Shown in pieces: positions 46,221 through 55,986 of a stretch of 64,000 nucleotides of DNA. The first letter of the stretch is position 1; every line of letters starts with the position of its first letter. The DNA is taken from assembly GCA_016293205.1 (NCBI GenBank), contig JAEDES010000004.1, positions 4,321-68,320 on the forward strand. Direction: 5' to 3'. The translations under genes were made by a program, and so were the position numbers. The stretch comes from Bacilli bacterium. GTDB taxonomy: Bacteria > Bacillota_I > Bacilli_A > RF39 > UBA660. The notes beneath the pieces are model-generated. The model was not told the origin of the DNA, searched no databases, and saw only the letters and a program-made list of their open reading frames with translations.

Positions 46221-48296
46221 ATGACAAAGACAAAAGAAGAAAAACTTCAAGCTAAAGAAGAAAAGAAAAAATTAAAAGAGGAAAGGAAAATAAAGAAGAA
46301 AAAAACTACTAAGACTGATACTAAAGAGATAAAAAACCTAACTGCAGTAAAAGATAACTCTACTGATGAGGTACTTGAAAAGGTTAAAGAGAAGAAGTCC
46401 ATATTTAATTTCTTTTTAAAATTAATATTATTTATTACTATTATTTCTAGTATTTATACTATTTATAGTTTAACTTTATTAGATTCTATTGAAAATATGC
46501 TTCGTTATATAGCGATGGGTATTATTGCTTTTATTGATTTATTATTAATATTAAAAGTATTCCATAAGAGTAAGAAAAAGAAGAAAAGAAAGAAAAAAGT
46601 TGGTACGATGATATTTATGATTATCTATATAATTATTTGTATTATTGTTAGTATACTTATTAACTTTATATATAATGAAATATCTAAAATTAATAAAGAT
46701 GTTGTAACCTACTCTTCTAGTTTAGTTACTATGGCTACTAATAATGCTCAAAAGATTAGTGATATTAAGAATTATAAAATAGCAATATTAGATGATGAAA
46801 AATCTCCTGAAGGATATATTATTCCACAAGAGATTGTTAGTGAACATAATTTAAATGATGAAAATCAATTAGTAAAATATTCTGACTACTCTACTATGGT
46901 TGTTGATTTATATGCTGATGAAATCGATGCAATGCTTATTTCTAGTAGTTATGTTGAAATGTTTGAAGTAATTTCTGGATATGAAAATATTGCTACTGAT
47001 ACTAAAGTTATTATTAGTAAAGAAAAAGATATGAAAAAGACTGAAACATCTCAAAAGGAGATAGCTTCTTCTAATAAGTCAGTTACTGAACCATTTACTA
47101 TGTTATTAATGGGAATTGATTCTACTGCTGAAGTTTTAACTAAGAATGCTATTGCAAATGGAGATACATTAATCTTACTTACATTTAATCCTAAAACATT
47201 AAATGCAACTATGGTATCTATTCCAAGAGATAGTTACTTACCTATTGCATGTTGGCCTGGTAAAGATGAAAATAAGATTACTCATGCCGCTGCATATGGT
47301 AATGATTGTATGATGAATACAATTCAAGATTTCTTTGGAGTAAATATTGATTATTATGCAAAGATTAACTTTAAAGGTTTAGTTAAATTAGTTGATGCTG
47401 TTGGTGGTGTTGAAGTTGATGTACCTCATACCTTATGTACTGATAACTCTAACCGTGAAGACACAGTATGTATTCAAGCTGGTAGACAAACACTTAATGG
47501 TGAACAAGCATTAACTTTTGCAAGAAATAGAAAACAACTTGCTAATGGTGATTTTGGTAGAGCTGAACACCAACAAGAAATTATTATGGCTCTAATTAAT
47601 AAAATGAGAACAATTACTGAAGTATCTAAGTTTAGAACAATATTAAATACTGTTTCTAATAGTTTAGATACTAACCTTACTACTAAACAAATATTAGAAT
47701 TCTATAATGTTGGAAAAGATATTATTAAACGTAGTAGTGAACAATCTGATTTAATCAATATTCAACAAATGTTTTTAAGTGGTGCTGATCAAATGATTTA
47801 TGATGAACGTATGAGAATGGTTCTTTATAACTATGTACCTAATACAAGAAGTAGAGATGCAATTGTTCAAGCAATGAAAGAAAATCTAGAATTGGTACCT
47901 CATAAAAATATTACTGAATTTAGTTTCTCAATTAATAAAGTATATGAGAAGACCATTATTGGTAAAGGATATGCTACTACTGGTACTTATTCATTACTTC
48001 CAAGTTTTATTGGATTGTCTAAAGCTCAAGCTACTGCAAGAGCAGAATCACTTGGATTAAATTATGAATTTGTTGGTGATGGAGAAACTGTTATTAATCA
48101 AAATTATCCAGAAAGAAAAAGAATTGATAAGATTGGGAAAAATAAATTAGTATTAACATTAAATAAAAAAGTTGTTATAGAAGAAGATGATGAAGAGGAA
48201 GAATCAAAAGATAAGGAAACTTCAAAAGAAGATAAGCCTTCTAATGAAACTCCTAAAACAGAAGAACCTTCTACTCCATCAACTGAAACAGAGTAA
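46221..48296 (+). CDS. LytR-CpsA-Psr (LCP) family glycopolymer phosphotransferase with a C-terminal PASTA-like domain and an acidic/Ser-Thr-Pro tail
   Basis: LCP core: LLMGIDS, SIPRDSY, INFKGLVKLVDAVGGVEVDVP and LNGEQALTFARNRK...GDFGRAEHQQ. PASTA-like segment LPSFIGLSKAQATARAESLGLNYEFVGDGETVINQNYPE at 47997-48170. Start at the ATG at 46221, 6 nt after AAGGAGG. Confidence 0.85.
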   Translation: MTKTKEEKLQAKEEKKKLKEERKIKKKKTTKTDTKEIKNLTAVKDNSTDEVLEKVKEKKSIFNFFLKLILFITIISSIYTIYSLTLLDSIENMLRYIAMGIIAFIDLLLILKVFHKSKKKKKRKKKVGTMIFMIIYIIICIIVSILINFIYNEISKINKDVVTYSSSLVTMATNNAQKISDIKNYKIAILDDEKSPEGYIIPQEIVSEHNLNDENQLVKYSDYSTMVVDLYADEIDAMLISSSYVEMFEVISGYENIATDTKVIISKEKDMKKTETSQKEIASSNKSVTEPFTMLLMGIDSTAEVLTKNAIANGDTLILLTFNPKTLNATMVSIPRDSYLPIACWPGKDENKITHAAAYGNDCMMNTIQDFFGVNIDYYAKINFKGLVKLVDAVGGVEVDVPHTLCTDNSNREDTVCIQAGRQTLNGEQALTFARNRKQLANGDFGRAEHQQEIIMALINKMRTITEVSKFRTILNTVSNSLDTNLTTKQILEFYNVGKDIIKRSSEQSDLINIQQMFLSGADQMIYDERMRMVLYNYVPNTRSRDAIVQAMKENLELVPHKNITEFSFSINKVYEKTIIGKGYATTGTYSLLPSFIGLSKAQATARAESLGLNYEFVGDGETVINQNYPERKRIDKIGKNKLVLTLNKKVVIEEDDEEEESKDKETSKEDKPSNETPKTEEPSTPSTETE

Positions 48297-48300
48297 TAAG

Positions 48301-48325
48301 AAGATGACTTAGTCATCTTTTTTTA
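48301..48325 (+). terminator. rho-independent terminator of the LCP gene
   Basis: AAGATGAC-TTA-GTCATCTT followed by T6. Confidence 0.85.
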
Positions 48326-48335
48326 TATCTTTAAA

Positions 48336-48365
48336 CAAATAAAAATAGGCTTTTTAGCCTATTTT
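48336..48365 (-). terminator. rho-independent terminator of the LtaS unit
   Basis: AAAATAGGC-TAAAAA-GCCTATTTT followed by TATTTGTTT on minus. It overlaps the TAG stop. Confidence 0.75.
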
Positions 48366-48982
48366 AATTCTACTAGATATAATTTAATACCATCTTTAAT
48401 AAATGTTAATGCTGCGTTCTTTTGATATGATGAGAACTCTTCTGTTGTATAACTCCATCCTACATTTATCTTATATGCTTCATATTCAGTATTATTATAA
48501 ATATATGTAGTTTTTTTTGTTGCATTTATTAATATTTCATCTACTTCTGGAAGTTTTTGAGTTCTATCTCCATAAATGTTATTTTCAACATATTTATAAT
48601 AAGTATCTTCTGCGTTTACTAAAAAGTTTTGAATAGCATTTGGATGTACGAAGTCTAATCCTCCAACATCTGTTTTTGCACTTTTATCTGCTAATGAATA
48701 GAAATCATAAATAAACATTTCTGTTATTTTTTGTACATATAATTTTTCATCTACTTCTTTAGCTTTTAAAATATCTTCTAATTCTCTAAACATTGATTTA
48801 TATCTTTTTGTTTTAGTATCTTTTAGATGATAATCATATTTTTCAATTGTATTTAGTATTTTAACTTCATCAACTTTTGTAGTTTTTGGTTTTAATGTTA
48901 TAAATAATGCTACTACTGCTGCTATTAGTAATAATACTGCAATAATTATTATTACAATCTTTGGTCCTTTTTTTAATTTCAT
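48359..48982 (-). CDS. hypothetical membrane-anchored protein
   Basis: One N-terminal TM helix (IVIIIIAVLLLIAAVVALFI) followed by a soluble domain. 14-nt gap after ltaS. Confidence 0.55.
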   Translation of the reverse strand: MKLKKGPKIVIIIIAVLLLIAAVVALFITLKPKTTKVDEVKILNTIEKYDYHLKDTKTKRYKSMFRELEDILKAKEVDEKLYVQKITEMFIYDFYSLADKSAKTDVGGLDFVHPNAIQNFLVNAEDTYYKYVENNIYGDRTQKLPEVDEILINATKKTTYIYNNTEYEAYKINVGWSYTTEEFSSYQKNAALTFIKDGIKLYLVELK

Positions 48983-48996
48983 ATAAGTTCTCCTTT

Positions 48997-51072
48997 CTAT
49001 TCTTGGATATTTTTCATTTGACTTTCTTCTTTTGGATTTAATAAGTCAAATACAATTATGTCATTGGATACATCTAATAATTCAGTTGTATAAGCATTAT
49101 TCTTTTTAATTTCATCTTCGCTTATAGCTTCACCTGTTAGAGATAGATATTCTCCTTTTTGACTATTATAATATACTTTATTTGTTACCCAATTTCCATT
49201 AGGGAAAACTACTATGTTATTTTCTTTAATATTGAAAATATCATGACCTAGTTGATATTTGTTATAGAAACCTAACATATTACCAAGAGTTGGCATTACA
49301 TCATACATTCCCATAACGTTTGTAACTTCTTTATTCATTTCAGTTCCATCCATGTCTTTTGTCCAGATAATGAATGGTACTTTTCTTCCTAATTCATATT
49401 GATATGAATCATACTCTTTATAGTTTGGATCATCTTCATCTAAGATGTCATCATTTTCTTTATCATAGTTATATAGTAAATTGTAATCTTTCTTTGATAA
49501 ACGTGCATCATGGTCTCCGTAGATTATAAGCACTGTATTTTCTAATAGTCCTTCTGCATCTAATTTTTGGATAAATTCACCTAAAGCCTCATCAGCATAG
49601 TGATATGATTTAAAGTAATTTCCTAGTTTAGTTCCTTCCATATAAGGATATGTTACTTCTACTGGATTACCATTTTCATCTTGTACTGTTTCTTTTATAT
49701 CTACAGGGAATTCTCCATATTTATCTACATCTGAGAATGGTGTATGGTTTGTTAACATAATTAATAATCCATACCATGATTCATGTTTTTTATTAATCTT
49801 TTTAATTTTTTCAACTGATTGTTCAAAGAATGATTTATCATTTAGACCAAGTCCAATTACATCTTCTTCAGGTACTTTGTAGTCTGCTTTACTGTAGAAT
49901 CTATCATAACCTAAACTTTGATGCATTGTTCTTCTGTTCCAGAAGTCTGCATTATTAGCATGCATACTAAATGTATAATATCCTTTTTCTTTTAAAAGAC
50001 TTGGTGTTGATATATATTTTCTATTTGAGTATGATACAAATGCAGTTCCACTCTTTGTAGGCATTAGAGATGTATTATAAGTTAACTCTGCATCACTACT
50101 TGTACCTACACTTACTTGTGAATAGAAGTTTGAAAAATACATTCCTTCACTTACTAATTTATTTAAAGTTGGAGTTACTTCTTGTCCATTAAATGTCATT
50201 CCAATAGCGTTTGCTTGCATACTTTCTGCATGAATTGCAATAACATTTTTTCCTTCAAATATATTTGTATATTTATTTGTTTGAACTTCGTCTTTTCCTT
50301 CAAAGTATTGTTCAAATTTTGTTTTGGCTTTATCATATCCAAACATTGAATTAATCTTTGGTTGAATTGATACAATCAAGTCATTTCCTTGATATACATA
50401 TATACCGAATCTCATTACTATGTATTCTTTATTCCATTGTTTTGCAAATCTTGATACATCTAGAGTTGTCATTGTTAGTAAAAATAAAATAGCAAGGGCA
50501 AATCCTACAGATGCTGTCTTTAAAGAACGCTTCTTTCTTTCTGATTTTACTTCTACTCTTTTATAATAATTTGTTTTCTTTAATTTTAAATGTACATAAT
50601 ACATTGTAATTGGTGAAAGAATATAAATTAAATCTTTTAATTGTAAGACGTTTTCTACTACTGCATCTCCTACTGCACCAACATATTGTGTTAGTGATAA
50701 CATTGAAATTGATGCGAATGATGTATAGAAAGTATAATAAACAGAATTTATCATACATATTGCAGTTAAGAAAATATTCATTCCCATGTAATATGCAAAA
50801 CGATGTTTTGGTTTAAATAAATATCCTAATGATCCTAATATAATTACAACTGCTAAATCTGCTATTATTGGTTTAATTGATAAGTAATTTTCTAAGGTGT
50901 TCATGCAGAAGAATCTTAATAAAGTTGAAGATAAAACAGTTGTTAGAACAAAAGTAATAAATAAGATATTATTTTTAAAATACTCTTTATGTAAATTTTC
51001 TGTTTTTACTCTTTTTATATATTTTTTTATTTTGTCTTTTGTTTTCTTTAAGCTAACTTTTAATCTCTTCAT
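48997..51072 (-). CDS. ltaS: lipoteichoic acid synthase family protein (LtaS-type sulfatase-fold glycerophosphotransferase)
   Basis: Five N-terminal TM helices, then an extracellular sulfatase-fold domain with AIHAESMQ, GTSSDAE and LTNHTPF. Confidence 0.88.
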   Translation of the reverse strand: MKRLKVSLKKTKDKIKKYIKRVKTENLHKEYFKNNILFITFVLTTVLSSTLLRFFCMNTLENYLSIKPIIADLAVVIILGSLGYLFKPKHRFAYYMGMNIFLTAICMINSVYYTFYTSFASISMLSLTQYVGAVGDAVVENVLQLKDLIYILSPITMYYVHLKLKKTNYYKRVEVKSERKKRSLKTASVGFALAILFLLTMTTLDVSRFAKQWNKEYIVMRFGIYVYQGNDLIVSIQPKINSMFGYDKAKTKFEQYFEGKDEVQTNKYTNIFEGKNVIAIHAESMQANAIGMTFNGQEVTPTLNKLVSEGMYFSNFYSQVSVGTSSDAELTYNTSLMPTKSGTAFVSYSNRKYISTPSLLKEKGYYTFSMHANNADFWNRRTMHQSLGYDRFYSKADYKVPEEDVIGLGLNDKSFFEQSVEKIKKINKKHESWYGLLIMLTNHTPFSDVDKYGEFPVDIKETVQDENGNPVEVTYPYMEGTKLGNYFKSYHYADEALGEFIQKLDAEGLLENTVLIIYGDHDARLSKKDYNLLYNYDKENDDILDEDDPNYKEYDSYQYELGRKVPFIIWTKDMDGTEMNKEVTNVMGMYDVMPTLGNMLGFYNKYQLGHDIFNIKENNIVVFPNGNWVTNKVYYNSQKGEYLSLTGEAISEDEIKKNNAYTTELLDVSNDIIVFDLLNPKEESQMKNIQE

Positions 51073-51094
51073 TATCTTATACCTCGCTTATTTT

Positions 51095-51123
51095 ATTATA
51101 TCACTAGGTGGATGTTTTTTCAA
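51095..51123 (-). promoter_or_regulatory. promoter of ltaS
   Basis: Minus strand: TTGAAA (51123-51118), 17 nt, TGATATAAT extended -10 (51103-51095). Confidence 0.7.
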
Positions 51124-51127
51124 TTAT

Positions 51128-51160
51128 TTATAAAAAAGAAAAAAGAATCAAGTGATTCTT
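51128..51160 (-). terminator. rho-independent terminator after the YihY-family gene
   Basis: AAGAATCA-CT-TGATTCTT followed by TTTTCTTTTTT on minus. Confidence 0.7.
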
Positions 51161-51988
51161 TTATTCAATATTTTCTTGTTGTTTTAAGTGATATTCTCCA
51201 GCATTTAGACCCATACCTAAAACAAAGATATATGATAAGATATAAACCCATAATAGTAATACTAAAATATTTGAAATACTTCCATAAAATATTGAGTAAC
51301 TTGCAAATGTTCCAATATAGAATGAATATATTTCTGTTGCTAGAACCCAACCTATTGTTGTGAATATTGCTCCTTTTCTAGTTGTTATACTAGCTACTTT
51401 TTCATCAGGTGCTATTGTATATAATAGACGAATATTTCCATATAGGATGAAAATAGTAATTGGATATTTTAATAATTGATAGATTTGATAGATTATTTCT
51501 ATTGGTTTAAAATCTTCTAAATAGTATCTTAATAAGGCAAAGATTGTATCTCCACATACTGGTACTATAAATAAGAATAAGAATAATCCTAACATAATGA
51601 ATATCATCATTATAGCTTTTAATCTTCTTTTTAAAATACTATCTGGTTCTAATTTATATATTTCGTTTGATGTTATTATCATCGAGTGTGTTCCATTGGA
51701 TGCTAATAGGAATGCTGATATAAAGAAGACTGCGATATTAAAGTTAAATCCTTGTCCTCCTAATATGTCTGTTAAAACATCGGCAATATCTTTTGGAATT
51801 GATGAAGATATTGTTAATTTTACGGCATCCATTGGGATATTTAAACTATTTGTAATTACTCCAACTAAGGCTATTGTTGGAATTATTGACATAACAAGAA
51901 AAAAAGCAAGCTGACCAGGTAAAATCCTCATCTCTGGCTTTCTTATTATCTTGATAAGTTCTTTTAAAAAGCCTCTTGCTTGCTCCAT
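51161..51988 (-). CDS. YihY/BrkB-family membrane protein
   Basis: 275 aa with six TM helices. The N-terminal PGQLAFFLVMSIIPTIALV is typical of the family. Confidence 0.8.
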   Translation of the reverse strand: MEQARGFLKELIKIIRKPEMRILPGQLAFFLVMSIIPTIALVGVITNSLNIPMDAVKLTISSSIPKDIADVLTDILGGQGFNFNIAVFFISAFLLASNGTHSMIITSNEIYKLEPDSILKRRLKAIMMIFIMLGLFLFLFIVPVCGDTIFALLRYYLEDFKPIEIIYQIYQLLKYPITIFILYGNIRLLYTIAPDEKVASITTRKGAIFTTIGWVLATEIYSFYIGTFASYSIFYGSISNILVLLLWVYILSYIFVLGMGLNAGEYHLKQQENIE

Positions 51989-51999
51989 AATACTTTTTC

Positions 52000-54042
52000 C
52001 TACCTATATTCTTCTTTATTTGTAATCATTTCTAAAGTAGCTTCATTGATAGCATCATCTAATGTTTTAATTTCATCAGTGATCATGCTATAACCAATAG
52101 CTGCTCCAAATTCATGTGGAAGTGATTTCATTTCTTTTTCTAACTTCTTAGTGTATGTTGCGATTTGTCTATCACTATAACCTACTAAGTAGATTAAGAA
52201 TTCATTTCCGTCAGTTCTGATTACTTCACTATTTTCTAATTGAGTATTAACTAAAATACTTGCGGCTTTAATGATTAATTGGTCCCCTTCTTCGTGACCA
52301 TAGTTGTCATTAACATATTTAACATTGTTTAAGTCAACCATAACGATTGATTGTGGGAATACTTTGCAATCTTCCCATTCATTCATTTTAGCATTTAAAT
52401 AATTTCTATTCTTTAATGAAGTTAACATATCTGTATATTTGTGTCTATCAGATGCTTTAATCTTTTTAACTTCATTTTTCTTCTTTATAATTAACCAAAT
52501 TACTCCAAATGAAATTAATGGTATAAAGATAATTGCTAAAACAATTGTATATACTTGTTCAAATGTAGAATCTTCTAAGATTGAAGCATTCATTCTTTCA
52601 ATACCTGTATTTCTATAGTTATAGTAAGAATTTGTATTGATTATATAATTAAATAAATTAAAGAATGCTTTGTTATCTGATTTTACCATAAACTTATAAT
52701 CATTCATCATTGTATCTTTATAGATTAAGTTATAATCTTTAAATTTAGATTTTTGATAATGAGAATAGATTTCATAATCAACTACAATAAGATAATCTTC
52801 TGCTTTTTTAACTAAGTCATCTAAATTATCATATGTTTTTATTTTAGCTCGAGAATTATTACTAAAGTAATGATATAGTGAGTTATCTTCTAACATGATA
52901 ATTTTTTGTCCTTTTAAACTTTCGAATGATGTTACTACGTGATTATCTTTTTGTTTTCCTAGTACAACATAGTCTTCAATAAATGTTGATACTGTTGGAG
53001 TATATTTATTATTTGAAATGTTGTAGTAATCAAAGAATACATCTACATCACCTTTTTTAACAGCTTTTTCTAAAGCTTCTGGAGATGAATATTTCTTATA
53101 TTTGAAATTAATATTTGCTAAACGAGCAATTCTATCAACATATTCTCCAGCAATACCTGCTACTTTTCCATTTACTTTGATTTCATATGGTTCATTTTCA
53201 ATAAATCCATATACATAGTTTTTAGATATTAAAGATGCTTTTTCTTTAGCATTTAATTTATTAACATCTAAATAGAAATCTAAGTATGCAGCATTATATT
53301 CTTCTACATATTTTGTTAAACGCCATTTATTATAATATTTAGTTACAATCTTATTAAGTTTTTCATTATTATTACTTAATGTTAGAACAATAGTCTTTTG
53401 CATTTCATTAAAATAATAGTTAATTGAATATTTATCGTTTTCAATTACGTAGTTTAAATACATAATATTTGGAATGATAATCATATTTACTTCATTATTA
53501 TCTAATGATGTATATAGTTCTTCAATCTTTCCATATTTTTTATATGATAAGTTTGTTCCACTCTTTAAGTAATAACTTACATCTGATGCATCTTCATCAA
53601 ATACACCAATTGTCATATTCTTCATGTCTTTAATATGACTAATTCTTTGATATTCTTTACCTACTGCAATATAGTTATCAGTAAATAAATATAAATCTTT
53701 TTCTGATAGTTCTTCACCATTATCTAAAATTCTAATTCTAAAACTATCTGTTGTAGTCTCTGAACCTTTTAAGTATGGGATTAAGTTAAATTCTAAGTCG
53801 ATATCTTTTTGGAAGTCTTCTACGAAGTTAAAAATTAATCCTGAACCGTTTAATCCATATAATGGATAATCATTTACTACTTCAAAGTCATATGTTTGAT
53901 CTTTATTTGATTGTACCCATTGTTTTTCTTGGACTGTTAAGGTTGTTGTTTTATCTTGTTTATTATAATAACGATAGACAAAAAAGAAGGCTACTACAGC
54001 TATTATAAAAGCAAAGATTACTATATATAACTTTTTCTTCAT
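52000..54042 (-). CDS. membrane sensor with two periplasmic solute-binding-like domains and a C-terminal GGDEF domain whose signature is degenerate (DGNEF)
   Basis: TM, ~460-aa extracytoplasmic region, TM, then VDLNNVKYVNDNYGHEEGDQ...IRTDGNEFLIYL. The DGNEF codons lie at 52198-52212. Confidence 0.8.
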   Translation of the reverse strand: MKKKLYIVIFAFIIAVVAFFFVYRYYNKQDKTTTLTVQEKQWVQSNKDQTYDFEVVNDYPLYGLNGSGLIFNFVEDFQKDIDLEFNLIPYLKGSETTTDSFRIRILDNGEELSEKDLYLFTDNYIAVGKEYQRISHIKDMKNMTIGVFDEDASDVSYYLKSGTNLSYKKYGKIEELYTSLDNNEVNMIIIPNIMYLNYVIENDKYSINYYFNEMQKTIVLTLSNNNEKLNKIVTKYYNKWRLTKYVEEYNAAYLDFYLDVNKLNAKEKASLISKNYVYGFIENEPYEIKVNGKVAGIAGEYVDRIARLANINFKYKKYSSPEALEKAVKKGDVDVFFDYYNISNNKYTPTVSTFIEDYVVLGKQKDNHVVTSFESLKGQKIIMLEDNSLYHYFSNNSRAKIKTYDNLDDLVKKAEDYLIVVDYEIYSHYQKSKFKDYNLIYKDTMMNDYKFMVKSDNKAFFNLFNYIINTNSYYNYRNTGIERMNASILEDSTFEQVYTIVLAIIFIPLISFGVIWLIIKKKNEVKKIKASDRHKYTDMLTSLKNRNYLNAKMNEWEDCKVFPQSIVMVDLNNVKYVNDNYGHEEGDQLIIKAASILVNTQLENSEVIRTDGNEFLIYLVGYSDRQIATYTKKLEKEMKSLPHEFGAAIGYSMITDEIKTLDDAINEATLEMITNKEEYR

Positions 54043-54056
54043 CTTCTGTACTCCTT

Positions 54057-54503
54057 CTATGCTCTATCTTTTGTCCATGTAAATCCATCTTTATTTTGAT
54101 GTTTGTATCCAATAATTGGGAAATCAGTTGCATCTGTTTCTTTCTTTAAGAATACTTGTATATCATAGTAGTTTAATTGTTTTTCAGCAAATAATTCAAA
54201 GATTTTTTTAGAATTATCTTTAGCTACTGATGATGAAATATCAGGGTTAACAATCATTGTTATATTAATAATTCTTCCTGATGTTCTTACTTCTACTTTT
54301 GATACAAAATCTTTTAGTTTTTCTTGAATTTGTTTATCTAAATCTTCTGCTAGTTTAACTTCTTCAATACCGTCTAAACGATTACCATATATAGCTCCAC
54401 CACTTGGGTAAAGAATATTTTTTAGTTGAATTGCAGCTACTAAAGCTACTAAAAATACAGTAATAACTACAAGTAATTTTTTATTTCTTTTAATAAAATT
54501 CAT
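54057..54503 (-). CDS. hypothetical membrane-anchored protein
   Basis: One N-terminal TM helix followed by a ~115-aa soluble domain. First gene of the 54503-to-51161 unit. Confidence 0.55.
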   Translation of the reverse strand: MNFIKRNKKLLVVITVFLVALVAAIQLKNILYPSGGAIYGNRLDGIEEVKLAEDLDKQIQEKLKDFVSKVEVRTSGRIINITMIVNPDISSSVAKDNSKKIFELFAEKQLNYYDIQVFLKKETDATDFPIIGYKHQNKDGFTWTKDRA

Positions 54504-54525
54504 ATTATCACATCCTAGTATTTTT

Positions 54526-54554
54526 ATTATACACTATGTATTATTCTTTTTCAA
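54526..54554 (-). promoter_or_regulatory. promoter of the hypothetical-GGDEF-YihY unit
   Basis: Minus strand: TTGAAA (54554-54549), 17 nt, TATAAT (54531-54526). Confidence 0.65.
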
Positions 54555-54558
54555 TGAA

Positions 54559-55986
54559 CTATTTGTTCGATAATTCTTCTTTAAGAATTTCAGTTGCCAT
54601 TTGTGGATTTGCTGATCCTTTAGTTTCTTTCATTACTTGTCCCATGAAGAATTTTAAGGCTCTATCAGGACGTTCCTTATAATCAGCAATACCTTGTGGA
54701 TTTGCTTCAATTATTTTTACAATTACTTCTCTAATTGCAGAATCATCTGTTATATTTTCAATACCTGAGTCTTTAATTATTTTTTCAATTGAATCAGTTG
54801 ATTCTAAAATCTTATCAATAATATCTTTTAAGTTTTTACTTGTTAAAGTATTATCTTCCATATTTTTGATAAGTTCAATAAATCTTTCTTTTGTAAGAGT
54901 TGTATCTGTTATTACTTTTTCATTTTTATTTAAGTATGCAGATATATCTCCTAATAATAAGTTAGATGCTATTTTGAAGTTTGTATTATCTTCTAACATT
55001 GTATTGAAATAATCACTTAATGGTCTATTTTGAATTAACTTATTAGCGTTTATTTCAGATACTCCTTTAGATACATAAACTTCTCTTCTTTTATCTGGTA
55101 ACATTGGGATTGTTTTCTTTACTTCTTCAATCATTTCATCTGTTACATATAAGTATGGAATATCTGGTTCTGGGAAATATCGATAATCATTTCCTGTTTC
55201 CTTTACTCTCATTAGAACAGTATTGCCTAATTTATCATCATATCTTCTTGTTTGTTCTTGGAATGTTTCTCCTTTATCAAGAAGTTCTGCTTGACGAATA
55301 ATTTCTTTTTCGATACTTACTCCAACATTTGAGATTGAACCAATATTTTTAATTTCGCATTTTGTTCCGAATGGATCAGATTCATTTTTTCTAATAGATA
55401 CGTTAGCATCTGCTCTCATTGAACCTTCTTCCATCTTACAATCACTAATATCACTATAGAATAATAATTCTTTTAATTTTTCTAAGTATAATTTAGCTTC
55501 TTCTGCTGTTGCAATACATGGTTTAGTTACTATTTCAATTAGAGGTACTCCTGCTCTATTAAAGTCTAGAAGTGTTTTATTTCCTCTATGAGTAGACTTA
55601 CATGTATCTTCTTCAATATGCATTTCTAAGATCTCAATCTTTTTCTTTGTACCGTTTACATCAATTTCAACATATCCATCATATCCGATTGGAGTTCTAG
55701 ATTGAGTAATTTGATAGTTCTTTGAGTTATCTGGATAGAAATAATTCTTTCTATCAAAATGCATTTCTCTTCTTATTTTACAATTTAGGACTGTTGCTGC
55801 CTTAATTGCTAAGTTTACTACTTCTTTATTTAAAGTTGGTAGTGTTCCTGGATATCCTAAATCAATAACGTTTGTTAATGAGTTAGCCATTTCTCCATAA
55901 CCATTTACTGATGGTGAAAATATTTTTGTTTTTGTTTTTAATTCTACGTGTACTTCAATACCGATTGTTGGAATATAATTAGTCAT
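54559..55986 (-). CDS. gatB: aspartyl/glutamyl-tRNA amidotransferase subunit B
   Basis: IGIEVHVEL, LGYPGTLP and the C-terminal YqeY-like tail. Start at the ATG at 55984-55986 after GAGGTG, overlapping the gatA stop by 8 nt. Confidence 0.95.
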   Translation of the reverse strand: MTNYIPTIGIEVHVELKTKTKIFSPSVNGYGEMANSLTNVIDLGYPGTLPTLNKEVVNLAIKAATVLNCKIRREMHFDRKNYFYPDNSKNYQITQSRTPIGYDGYVEIDVNGTKKKIEILEMHIEEDTCKSTHRGNKTLLDFNRAGVPLIEIVTKPCIATAEEAKLYLEKLKELLFYSDISDCKMEEGSMRADANVSIRKNESDPFGTKCEIKNIGSISNVGVSIEKEIIRQAELLDKGETFQEQTRRYDDKLGNTVLMRVKETGNDYRYFPEPDIPYLYVTDEMIEEVKKTIPMLPDKRREVYVSKGVSEINANKLIQNRPLSDYFNTMLEDNTNFKIASNLLLGDISAYLNKNEKVITDTTLTKERFIELIKNMEDNTLTSKNLKDIIDKILESTDSIEKIIKDSGIENITDDSAIREVIVKIIEANPQGIADYKERPDRALKFFMGQVMKETKGSANPQMATEILKEELSNK

